Source: Eledone cirrhosa (lineage: Eukaryota). Taken from it: a stretch of 64,000 nt of DNA. The first letter of the stretch is position 1. Every line of letters begins with the position of its first letter. Location: the NCBI GenBank assembly GCA_964016885.1, contig OZ024743.1, positions 330,832,001 through 330,896,000 of the forward strand, read 5' to 3'. The position numbers were made by a program, and so were the translations under genes. The notes under the pieces are model-generated. The model did no database searches. It was not told the origin of the DNA and saw only the letters and a list, made by a program, of their open reading frames with translations. Below are positions 12,119 to 22,694 of this stretch, piece by piece.

Positions 12119-14521
12119 GCTCAAGTATTAATGTAAGGGAGATATAGAGAGATATAGAGAGATATAGAGAGAGAAAAATTTAAAAATAGCCAGACATATT
12201 CGAGGCGTAGAAAACCCTATGTTTTAATGTATTAGTATTTATAAAACTTACACTATATTGTAAATATCAGTATTCCTGAATGAAACAAGTATTCACAATG
12301 CGTGAAAATTCATTATCTTATGTTTAGTTTTTTAAAAAATTCATATGTATATGTGAATCCAACTGATTCACTCCGCAAATTCAAAGTTACCGGAAAACAT
12401 TCTCAATGTGGTATAAACATTTGAGCGTATTATTATTCTTGCGATTACTCTACAAGATTATCTATCAAGCAGAAATAGAGAGCAGATTTCAATATACTAA
12501 TCGAAAATATATATTATATTATAAGCAGAGATAACAATAATAATGATAATAAGTAAAAATATATAAAAATATAAAAATATAGAATAGAAAACTAAAAAAG
12601 AATATTACGAAAGAATATTACATAATAAAAATATTGCATATTAAAAATACTATGTTTTAAAATTATTACGTATTAAAACTTTACATATAAAAATATTAAA
12701 AATAAAAATAAAATAAAATAAAAAATAAAAAATAAAAATATAAAAATATTATAGAATACTACAATACTAAAAGAATAAAAATAAAAATAAAAATAAAAAT
12801 AAAAATAAAAATAAAAATAAAAAATAAACCACAAAGAACAACCCTTCAAGGTTAATTGACAATATATTGCCAAGTTCACTACAAGACAAAGCCAAAAATT
12901 ATCTATCAAATCACATCTAGCAAGGAATATCGCAAAAAAAAAAAGGTTATGATGTCCAATAATGTCTACATATGTTCCTATATTTAATATATAAGTTTAT
13001 CAAGTGTAAGGTTAATTCATAAAATTTGGAGCATCGGCTTTTAGGGTAGCTTAATTTTTCATGAGGAATGTTTAGATAAAAATAAAAATAAAAATAAAAA
13101 TAAAAAATAAAAATAAAAATAAACTTCGCTATAATAACCACAAGAATTCTTTCACAGATCCAAATAAAAAATCTTCAACGGCACTATCAGGTGTACTCTG
13201 GCAACTTAAGCTAGATAACGTTAGATATTCGACGGCTTGGAATATAGTCTCAAGAGGGATTCCTTTTAATTCATCCTCTGAGACATGTGACCTCTGCGCA
13301 GAGGAGATATTCTTTATACTAAAATCTAAAAATTCCCTTAACCTACGGACAAATTTATTCAGTTGTTGCAAACATAGATTAAACTCAACGTTTAAATATA
13401 AATTTAAATTTAAAATGTAGTATATTTAGTTTGATTTATATTTATATGAGAACTAGCCGATAAATCTTTTGATTCCTAAATCTTTGATTCCCTCTTTTTA
13501 CTGTTTATTTTATTGTATTTATTTTTATTTTTATTTTTTATTTTTATTTTTATCTAAACATTCCTCATGAAAAATTAAGCTACCCTAAAAGCCGATGCTC
13601 CAAATTTTATGAATTAACCTTACACTTGATAAACTTATATATTAAATATAGGAACATATGTAGACATTATTGGACATCATAACCTTTTTTTTTTGCGATA
13701 TTCCTTGCTAGATGTGATTTGATAGATAATTTTTGGCTTTGTCTTGTAGTGAACTTGGCAATATATTGTCAATTAACCTTGAAGGGTTGTTCTTTGTGGT
13801 TTATTTTTTATTTTTATTTTTATTTTTATTTTTATTTTTATTTTTATTTTTATTCTTTTAGTATTGTAGTATTCTATAATATTTTTATATTTTTATTTTT
13901 TATTTTTTATTTTATTTTATTTTTATTTTTAATATTTTTATATGTAAAGTTTTAATACGTAATAATTTTAAAACATAGTATTTTTAATATGCAATATTTT
14001 TATTATGTAATATTCTTTCGTAATATTCTTTTTTAGTTTTCTATTCTATATTTTTATATTTTTATATATTTTTTTATATATTTTTACTTATTATCATTAT
14101 TATTGTTATCTCTGCTTATAATATAATATATATTTTCGATTAGTATATTGAAATCTGCTCTCTATTTCTGCTTGATAGATAATCTTGTAGAGTAATCGCA
14201 AGAATAATAATACGCTCAAATGTTTATACCACATTGAGAATGTTTTCCGGTAACTTTGAATTTGCGGAGTGAATCAGTTGGATTCACATATACATATGAA
14301 TTTTTTAAAAAACTAAACATAAGATAATGAATTTTCACGCATTGTGAATACTTGTTTCATTCAGGAATACTGATATTTACAATATAGTGTAAGTTTTATA
14401 AATACTAATACATTAAAACATAGGGTTTTCTACGCCTCGAATATGTCTGGCTATTTTTAAATTTTTCTCTCTCTATATCTCTCTATATCTCTCTATATCT
14501 CCCTTACATTAATACTTGAGC

Positions 14522-14556
<35 letters not shown>

Positions 14557-15029
14557 ATGCATCATTGATACACTTACTCAAAATGACCTCCCACTACCTA
14601 ATTTTTCTATATCTATATTTATATATGTATCTATCTCTATTTCCTCTCTCTCTATATATATATATATCTCTTTCGGTCTCTTTACATGAAGCTCTTCGCT
14701 TTATCTATTTTTCCATCTCTCTATTTTGTCCCATGCATTTCTTCTTTTTCTTCTTTTTCTTCCTTTTCTTCGTTTCGTCTTTCTTTCTTTCTTATTTCCC
14801 TCTTTTCTCTCTCTCTTTCTTTCTCTCTGTATTTTCACTGCTAGAGTGAACCTCTTCAAATGAAGTTGATGTTTATTACGGTATGTCGAATATATTTATC
14901 TATAAAACTGTTTATATTGTATTTTGTCTGATGAAGGCATAGCATATTGTTAATATGATATCCCCGAAATATATATAATGAAATAAATATGGTTTTATAA
15001 ATATAGTTTTCCATTTATTTAATATTGTA
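11611..15029. repeat. Large inverted duplication: arms of about 1.5 kb (11611-13120 and 13516-15029), spacer about 400 bp
   Basis: Arms are reverse complements; identical or near-identical ORF translations on opposite strands (12673-12909 vs 13719-13955; 11791-12075 vs 14565-14849). Confidence 0.96.
14920..14985 (+). ncRNA. Hammerhead motif near the outer end of the inverted arm (mirror copy 11655-11720, minus strand; relative at 44176-44235)
   Basis: TATTTTGT-CTGATGA-imperfect long stem II (CATATT/AATATG)-GAA-ATATATAT-A-ATGAAATA. Confidence 0.6.
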
Positions 15030-15078
15030 TATATATATATATATATATACACATATATGTGTGTGTGTATGTATGATG

Positions 15079-15160
<82 letters not shown>

Positions 15161-15256
15161 TATATGTGTGTGTGTGTATGTATGATGTATATATATATAT
15201 ATACATACATATATATATACATATATGTGTGTATGTATGATGTATATATATATATA

Positions 15257-15462
15257 ACAAAAGAAGTGTGGTAAGGAACCAGGTGGACCATAACGCACCA
15301 GAGTACTCAATACTTAGGGTAGTAGAGTGGGTAATAGGAAAATGTTCAAGACCCCGACGGCAGAGCTCAAGCCGTTTCGACGGCTATATCTGAACTAGGG
15401 TTAGGGTCCAGAAATAGCCGTCGAAACGGCTTGAGCTCTGCCTTCGGCGTCTTTATCATTTG

Positions 15463-15465
<3 letters not shown>
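15257..15465. mobile_element. Fold-back PLE-like LTR remnant, family P1
   Basis: GGCAGAGCTCAAGCCGTTTCGACGGCTAT / ATAGCCGTCGAAACGGCTTGAGCTCTGCC, flanked by (TA)n. Confidence 0.65.
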
Positions 15466-15552
<87 letters not shown>

Positions 15553-15633
15553 GAAAATTCGTCGAAACACCTGATTTCCACAAAAGACATTTAGAAGGCA
15601 GCGATATTGTGAGAACATTGAAGTCAGCCGAGA

Positions 15634-15821
15634 TTATTTGGCGGTATCGGTAGAGGGTCGGACGCCATGCTTTGCAGCAAAGAGTTACGGCCCTTTACGA
15701 TCTCAATTCAAATCACGCCGAGGTTAACTTTGCCTTTCATCCTTACGGGGTCGATAAAATAAAGTACCAGTAATACACTGGGATAATTGCTGGCCTTGTG
15801 CCAAAAGTAGAAACAATTATT
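15634..15821 (+). mobile_element. SINE family A
   Basis: Head, core and tail match the copy at 5577. Confidence 0.88.
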
Positions 15822-16136
15822 GTAGAATACTCTTTAATAATAAAAATAAAATTTTGACTTAACAAACTGCATTTTAGTCCTTCGTTTAATGTATTTATTA
15901 CACAAAATCACTAACATACATGTATGTATATGTATGTGATATATGTAGGTGTATATATGTATATATATAGATGTGTGTATGTATGTGTGTATGTATGGAT
16001 GAATGAATGTATGTATGTGTATATGTATGTATGTATGGATGGATGGATGAATGTATGTATGTATGTATGTATGTATGTATGGATGGATGGATGGATGTGT
16101 ATATGTATGTGTGTATGTATGTATGTATATATGTAT

Positions 16137-16623
16137 CTGAGGGTGACTTTGGACATCCTGCAGGACTAAAAGCAAAACCTGTCAAAGGGCAAAGGAGCTC
16201 TTAAGAGTCAATGGCCATCCAAAATCACCGGGAGAGATGACCCCTTAGCCTTTGTCAAGGCAGAATTCTAGGAGAAGGAAAACTCTGATATAACACCTGC
16301 AACTCTGATGGTATCCAATGATGTTGACTTGTTCTTCTTTTTGGTAAATATCATCTTGGTTAAGAGAGTGGGACTGGCTTTGTGCAATACCTTTGCTCAC
16401 TATAAAAGCTTCACGGCACAGGCATTGCTGTCGTCTGCACTTGTCGTCACATGGTACCATGGGCCCAGCACTGTGTCAATAATTGTCACAGGTGTAGTGT
16501 TTGTACCAGAGTTTTCAAGTCGCTGGCTGGACTAAATTGTCACACTCGTTCAGCGCATCGGTAGGGGTTCTCCTACATGGATATAAAGTAGTGGCCGTAC
16601 TCGAAAACGAGTTGGCAGCCACC
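16137..16623 (+). mobile_element. Non-autonomous RTE-derived element ending in a C2H2 zinc-finger remnant
   Basis: 16484-16564 reads [26 protein letters not shown] (C-x2-C-x12-H-x4-H, typical of the RTE ORF C-terminus); 3' hairpin GTGGC..CTCGAAAACGAG..GCCAC, then (TA)n. Confidence 0.65.
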
Positions 16624-16707
16624 ATATATGTATCTATGATGTAGGCGGGTAAGTAGGTATGAAAGGATTTGTGCATGTATGTATATATGTGTATGTATAT
16701 ATGTGTG

Positions 16708-16768
<61 letters not shown>

Positions 16769-16772
<4 letters not shown>

Positions 16773-17372
16773 GCTGCCAACTCGTTTTCGAGTACGGCCA
16801 CTACTTTATATCCATGTAGGAGAACCCCTACCGATGCGCTGAACGAGTGTGACTTTTTAGTCCAGCCAGCGACTTGAAAACTCTGGTACAAACACTACAC
16901 TTGTGACAATTATTGACACATAGTGCTGGGCCCATGGTACCATGTGACGACAAGTGCAGAGAGATCTCCAGATATAAAGCAATGCCTGTGCCGTGAAGCT
17001 TTTATAGTGAGCAAAGTCACTGCACAAAGCCAGTCCCACTCTCTTAACCAAGATGATATTTACCAAAAAGAAGAACAAGTCAACATCATTGGATACCATC
17101 AGAGTTGCAGGTGTTATATCAGAGTTTTCCTTCTCCTAGAATTCTGCCTTGACAAAGGCTAAGGGGTCATCTCTCCCGGTGATTTTGGAAGGCCATTGAC
17201 TCTTATGAGCTCCTTTGCCCTTTGACAGGTTTTGTTTTTAGTCCTGCAGGATGTCCAAAGTCACCCTCCTCACCAAGAAACCTTGGTGGGGTCGCCAGTT
17301 TAGTCGCCAACGACCCGACCATGGGACAGGTTGTACTGGGATACATGTTACCAGTAGCACCAAATGGTGACC
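16769..17372 (-). mobile_element. Second, longer copy of the same RTE-derived element, tail-to-tail with the first; a 3' stub also lies at 17632-17690 (+)
   Basis: Reverse complement of 16137-16623 plus about 100 bp more 5' sequence; zinc finger reads [26 protein letters not shown]. Confidence 0.65.
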
Positions 17373-17373
17373 A

Positions 17374-18035
17374 ATATATATATATATATATACATACATA
17401 CATACACACATGCTTACATATATACATACATTCATGCATGTATACATGCATACATGTATATATATATATATGTATGTATATAAATATATATATGAACGTT
17501 TATGTATGTATGTGTGTATGTATGTATATGTATGTATGTGTGTATATATATGTATGTATATATTAATATATGTGCGTATATGTGTATATGTATATATATG
17601 TGTGTATGTATATGTGTGTATGTGTATGTATGGGTTCTCCTACATGGATATAAAGTAGTGGCCGTATTCGAAAACGAGTTGGCAGCCACCGTGTGTGCTT
17701 ATATATATATACATATATATATGAACGTATATGTATGTATGTGTGTATGTGTGTATATGTATGTATCTGCGTATATGTATGTATATATGTATATATGTGC
17801 GTATATGTGTATATGTATGTATATGTGTGTATATATATGTGTGTATGTGTGTATATATATGTGTGTATGTGTATGTAGACATATATGTATACATATATAT
17901 ATGTACACATGTATATATGTACACATATATATACATACATACATACATACATACATACATACATACATACATACATACATACATACACACATGCTTACAT
18001 AGATACATGCATGCATGCATGTATACATGCATACA

Positions 18036-18090
<55 letters not shown>

Positions 18091-18421
18091 GAACGTATAT
18101 CTATGTATGTATGTATGTATGTATGTATATGTATGTATGTGTGTATATATATGTATGTACATATGAATATATGTGTATATATGAATATATGTGTATATAT
18201 GTGTATATGTATATATATGTGTGTGTATGTATGTGTGTATGTATATATGTATGTATGTATATATATATATATATATACATATATATATGAACGTATATGT
18301 GTGTGTATGTGTATATATGTATGTATCTGTGTATATATATATATGTATATATGTATATATGTACGTATATGTGTATGTGTGTGTATATATATATATGTAT
18401 GTATGTATATATGTATGTATG

Positions 18422-18456
<35 letters not shown>

Positions 18457-18460
18457 ATGT
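17374..18460. repeat. Compound (TA)/(TG)/(TATG)/(TACA) microsatellite field
   Basis: Seen directly. Confidence 0.93.
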
Positions 18461-18968
18461 TACTGCCTGTAAGTGTAATACGTGTACCTCTACCTTAAAA
18501 CCCTAACCTTCAAGTCGATGACCCACCCCCACCTCCACCTGTTCCTTCCCACCACTACCACTTCCCATTTCCACCATTATATCTTAACGTGAGTCAATTC
18601 ATCACACTCAAATAAACACAACTGACCTTTACTTTTAAAGCCTTTGGCTAGAAAACCTTTTGGCCATTTCCGTGGTGATTATTTTGTATCTTATATTCCT
18701 CCTTTTCTCCACCACAACAGCCACACCACTCACAAGTAGCATTCTTCTTCTTCTTCGTCTTCTTCTTCTTGGTAGAGCGTCGGACAATATGCTTTCCGGC
18801 ATCGAATTACGGTCCTTTACCTTCCAAGTTCAAATCCTGCCGAGGTTTCCTTTGCCTTTCATCCTTGCGTGATCGAAAAAATGACCTGCAAGTAGCGCAC
18901 TGGAGTCGACTTAATCGATTTTCCCCTCCACTAAAATTGCTTGCCTTCTGCCTAAATCAAAACCATTA

Positions 18969-19340
18969 TTGGCAGTATCGGTAGAGGGTCGGACGCCATG
19001 CTAGGGTGGTGGATTGGCAGTATCGGTAGAGGGTCGGACGCCATGCTACGGTGGTGGATTGACAGTATCGGTAGAGGGTCGGACGCCATGCTAGGGTGGT
19101 GGATTGACAGTATCGGTAGAGGGTCGGACGCCATGCTACGGTGGTGGATTGGCAGTATCGGTAGAGGGTCGGACGCCATGCTTTCCAGCACAGTTACGTC
19201 CCTTTACGATCTGAGTTCAAATCCCGCCGAGGTTGACTTTGCCTTTCATCCTTACGAGGTCGATAAAATAATTGCTGGCCTTGGTCGATAAAGTAATTGG
19301 TCGATAAAGTAATTGCTGGCCTTGTGCCTAAAGTAGAAAC

Positions 19341-19345
<5 letters not shown>
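18969..19345 (+). mobile_element. SINE family A with its 45-bp head repeated five times; preceded by a diverged SINE at 18770-18968
   Basis: G[G/A]CAGTATCGGTAGAGGGTCGGACGCCATG at 18971, 19016, 19061, 19106 and 19151, then one body. Confidence 0.93.
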
Positions 19346-19385
<40 letters not shown>

Positions 19386-19563
19386 TTTCAATGAAAACAA
19401 CAGAAGGCAGAACTGGAATTATCCTTTTAGTCTTTAATAAAATGATGTTTAAATGCGCTCTTGTATCAGCCATAGGATTCAACAAATACGATGGATGAGT
19501 TACATAACATAGTGTTTTTCTCACTATTACATCATGGTTAACTAAATGAAATGACCAGTTCTA

Positions 19564-19606
<43 letters not shown>

Positions 19607-19607
<1 letters not shown>

Positions 19608-19993
19608 CAAAGGAATTGTGGTGAGGAACCAAATGGACCATAACACACCAGAGTACTCAATACTTAGGGTAGTAGAGTGTGAAATAGGAAACAGTATGAC
19701 CCCGACGGCAGAGCTCAAGCCGTTTCGACGGCTATTTCTGGACTAAATAGTCCAGAAATAGCCGTCGAAACGGCTTGAGATCTGCCGTCGGGGTCATACT
19801 TTTTCCTATATATATATATATACATATACATTTCCTATATATATATATATACATATATATACAGAATTAGCCGTCGAAACGGCTTGAGCTCAGCCGTCGG
19901 GGTCTTACTTGTTCCTATTACCCACTCTACTACCCTAAGTATTGAGTACTTTGGTGCGTTATGGTCCACCTGGTTCCTTACCACATTTCCTTC

Positions 19994-19995
<2 letters not shown>
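19607..19995. mobile_element. Double fold-back PLE-like LTR remnant, family P1
   Basis: Hairpin centred near 19746 (GGACTA-AA-TAGTCC) plus a further inverted copy at 19863-19995, all within (TA)n. Confidence 0.7.
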
Positions 19996-20060
<65 letters not shown>

Positions 20061-21404
20061 AGAATTGGTCGTTCCGTATAGTCAATCGTTATGTAATATC
20101 AGGAAAAGCACTCGACGCAATGCAACTCACCCATCTTCATTTATGTTGAATCTTGACAGGAGGTTGGACTGGTGAAATTCCTTAAAGATTTATTACAAAC
20201 ACTGCACATTTCAATGACCGGGTTCTGTAGGAACCCTGTGACATCATCAGGTGTTGCGAAATTTATCTAATAAAGGAATATAATAATGGTAGACACAATC
20301 AAAAGGATTGAAAAGTAGAGAGAAAGATTTAAGAGCTGATGGCGGCTAGAGCCAGCAGTTGCGAGTCTGGATGACCGCCTTCAAGTGAGGAATCTACTTA
20401 CATATACATAGGAGTGAAGAATAACACAGATCGGTTGTACAGTAGGGTGTATTCCAAGTATTAACAAATGTTTCCTATGGAAAATCTGCTTTGTATAATG
20501 AAGACTTATCTGAGGACCTTGCGATATTCAGAGTCAGGTTCGATCATCACGTCGATCGTGCCTCGAGCTGGTCGCCAGAGAAACGATTGTAATATGTCCA
20601 ATAAATTCCATTCGTCGCAACACTGATCCTTTTTTTTTCTGTGATATATATATATATATATATATATATTCAAACCAATATCAACAGCTGAGAACGCATG
20701 CGTGAACGAGGTGTGTGAGCGTGGGTGTGTGCGTGTGTGTGTATATTGGAGTTTGCAGATGGCGCAGAGAATTTGGAAATAAATTGATTTCTTCTCTGTC
20801 CTTGTACCTCACCGTCACGTACATATTTACAGTGGGGGAGAAAAAGAAAGAGGTGGAAGAAAGAGAGAGTAAATCTGACGATCTGAAGTACTTACTGGTT
20901 GAATACATGACAGAGTCAAATGATGATACATATTCCCAGAAAGGCCTTCTCCTTCACCTCTTCTTCTTTCCCCATCTCTCCCTACTTCCCCTACTTCCTC
21001 ATCACAGTTCTCTCCCTCCTCCTTGTAATCAAGTCTCTTCATTTTTTTACATATTTTATCGAGAAAACATTTATTTTTGCTTGATTTTCTTTTCCTTATA
21101 TTTTTTCCCTTTGTTTATCTGTTATTGGAAATATATCCATACCCACCTGCACACACCTGCACACACACACACACATACACACACACACATATATATGTAT
21201 ATATATACATATATATATACACACATATATATATACACATATATATATACGTATATAAATATATATATACCTGTATATATATATCATATATATATGTATA
21301 TACATACATATATATACACACACACAGACACATGAACAAATACTACACGTATACTCCAGTGAGCTGTTTTAGTTTTCTAGCCTCATCTCGTGATATATAT
21401 ATAT

Positions 21405-21508
<104 letters not shown>

Positions 21509-21528
21509 GAAAATGAACACACAAATAT

Positions 21529-21558
<30 letters not shown>

Positions 21559-21559
<1 letters not shown>

Positions 21560-21911
21560 AAGAAGAAATTAAAAGATGGTTAAAAGAGTTCCATATATTT
21601 TATTATGCACATTTCGAATACAAAATCATCCTGGGACAAAAATTGTGTTCTCATCAGATAAAATAAGGTAAATTGGTAAGAGGGATAATAGCACTTGTTT
21701 ACAGGAAAGTGCAAAGTCTACATAACTCAGAAATAATTTCTGAGTTATGTAGACTTTGCACTTTCCTGTAAACAAGTGCTATTATCCCTCTTACCAATTT
21801 ACCTTATTTTATCTGATGAGAACACAATTTTTGTCCCAGGATGATTTTGTATTCGAAATGTGCATAATAAAATATATGGAACTCTTTTAACCATCTTTTA
21901 ATTTCTTCTTT
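21559..21911. repeat. 353-bp palindrome centred at 21735 (PLE LTR fold-back)
   Basis: Arms read as reverse complements around CAGAAAT-A-ATTTCTG. Confidence 0.95.
21805..21874 (+). ncRNA. Type I hammerhead ribozyme (mirror copy 21596-21665, minus strand)
   Basis: Helix I TATTTTAT/ATAAAATA (8 bp), CTGATGA, stem II GAACACAA/TTGTATTC, GAA, helix III ATG-TG-CAT, AUA triplet. Confidence 0.72.
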
Positions 21912-21999
21912 ATTATATATACTCCAGTTCTACCAACCGTTGAGTGCTACTTATCTGATATATGCATAGTTTTATTGTTCTACAATATTACTCACCTTC

Positions 22000-22057
<58 letters not shown>

Positions 22058-22495
22058 CATTAAACTCCGCCAGGTGCCAGGAGCAGACTGTGCAACAATG
22101 TGAGTTATTTTTCTCCACAAAGTTCGATCACCAACAGCAGAGTTTAAAGAGCAAAGGTCAAGTCCAGTCCATCGGTTGACATTATCAAGCCATCGTTTTG
22201 GCTGCCGGCCTCTGTTTCTCTTACCAGCCAATCTTCCTTCCAGGCACAACTTACTCACACCACGAGTTGATCTTTTGATATGACCGTATAGCTTGAGTAC
22301 TCTTGACTTGACAATTGATGTAATTGGTCTGAGTCTGGTAATGTTGAGCAGCTCACTGATACAGATACGGTCGCAGAGCCGCTTGTCAATCATTGTTTGG
22401 TTCTGGAATGTAGAGCTTCTGAAGTGACCTTGTCGTCCAATTAACACAAGTGGTAGGATGTAAGTATCGAAGACCTTAGCCTTCAAATGATAGGA
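22058..22495 (-). mobile_element. RTE-clade LINE 3' fragment
   Basis: KSRVLKLYGHIKR...LEGRLAGKRNRGRQPKRWLDNV...DRTLWR, the typical RTE ORF C-terminus; ends in (TA)n. Confidence 0.85.
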
Positions 22496-22694
22496 AACTC
22501 CTCAGTGACTAATTTGTCATTTTGTGTCTTTCCTTCATTCTGTCCAACACCATCTTGTGATCGAACTAATCAACTGGAAATCTGTAATAAATTGAAGTGA
22601 AAACCAACAGGTGTGTGTGCTTTCATTGGCAGCATGATCCTCCCAAAGTATAAAAATATGTTTCAACACACGTTTTCAGAAAAAAGATTAAACC

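Noticed and set aside
13129-13371. 80-aa ORF in the inverted-repeat spacer as a host gene
   Set aside because: TTG start, no splice support, and only a faint resemblance to a LINE C-terminal zinc-binding region
20100-20630. CR1/L2-like RT remnant on the minus strand (LLDILQSFL, LLDKF)
   Set aside because: Too degraded to call by eye; needs BLASTX
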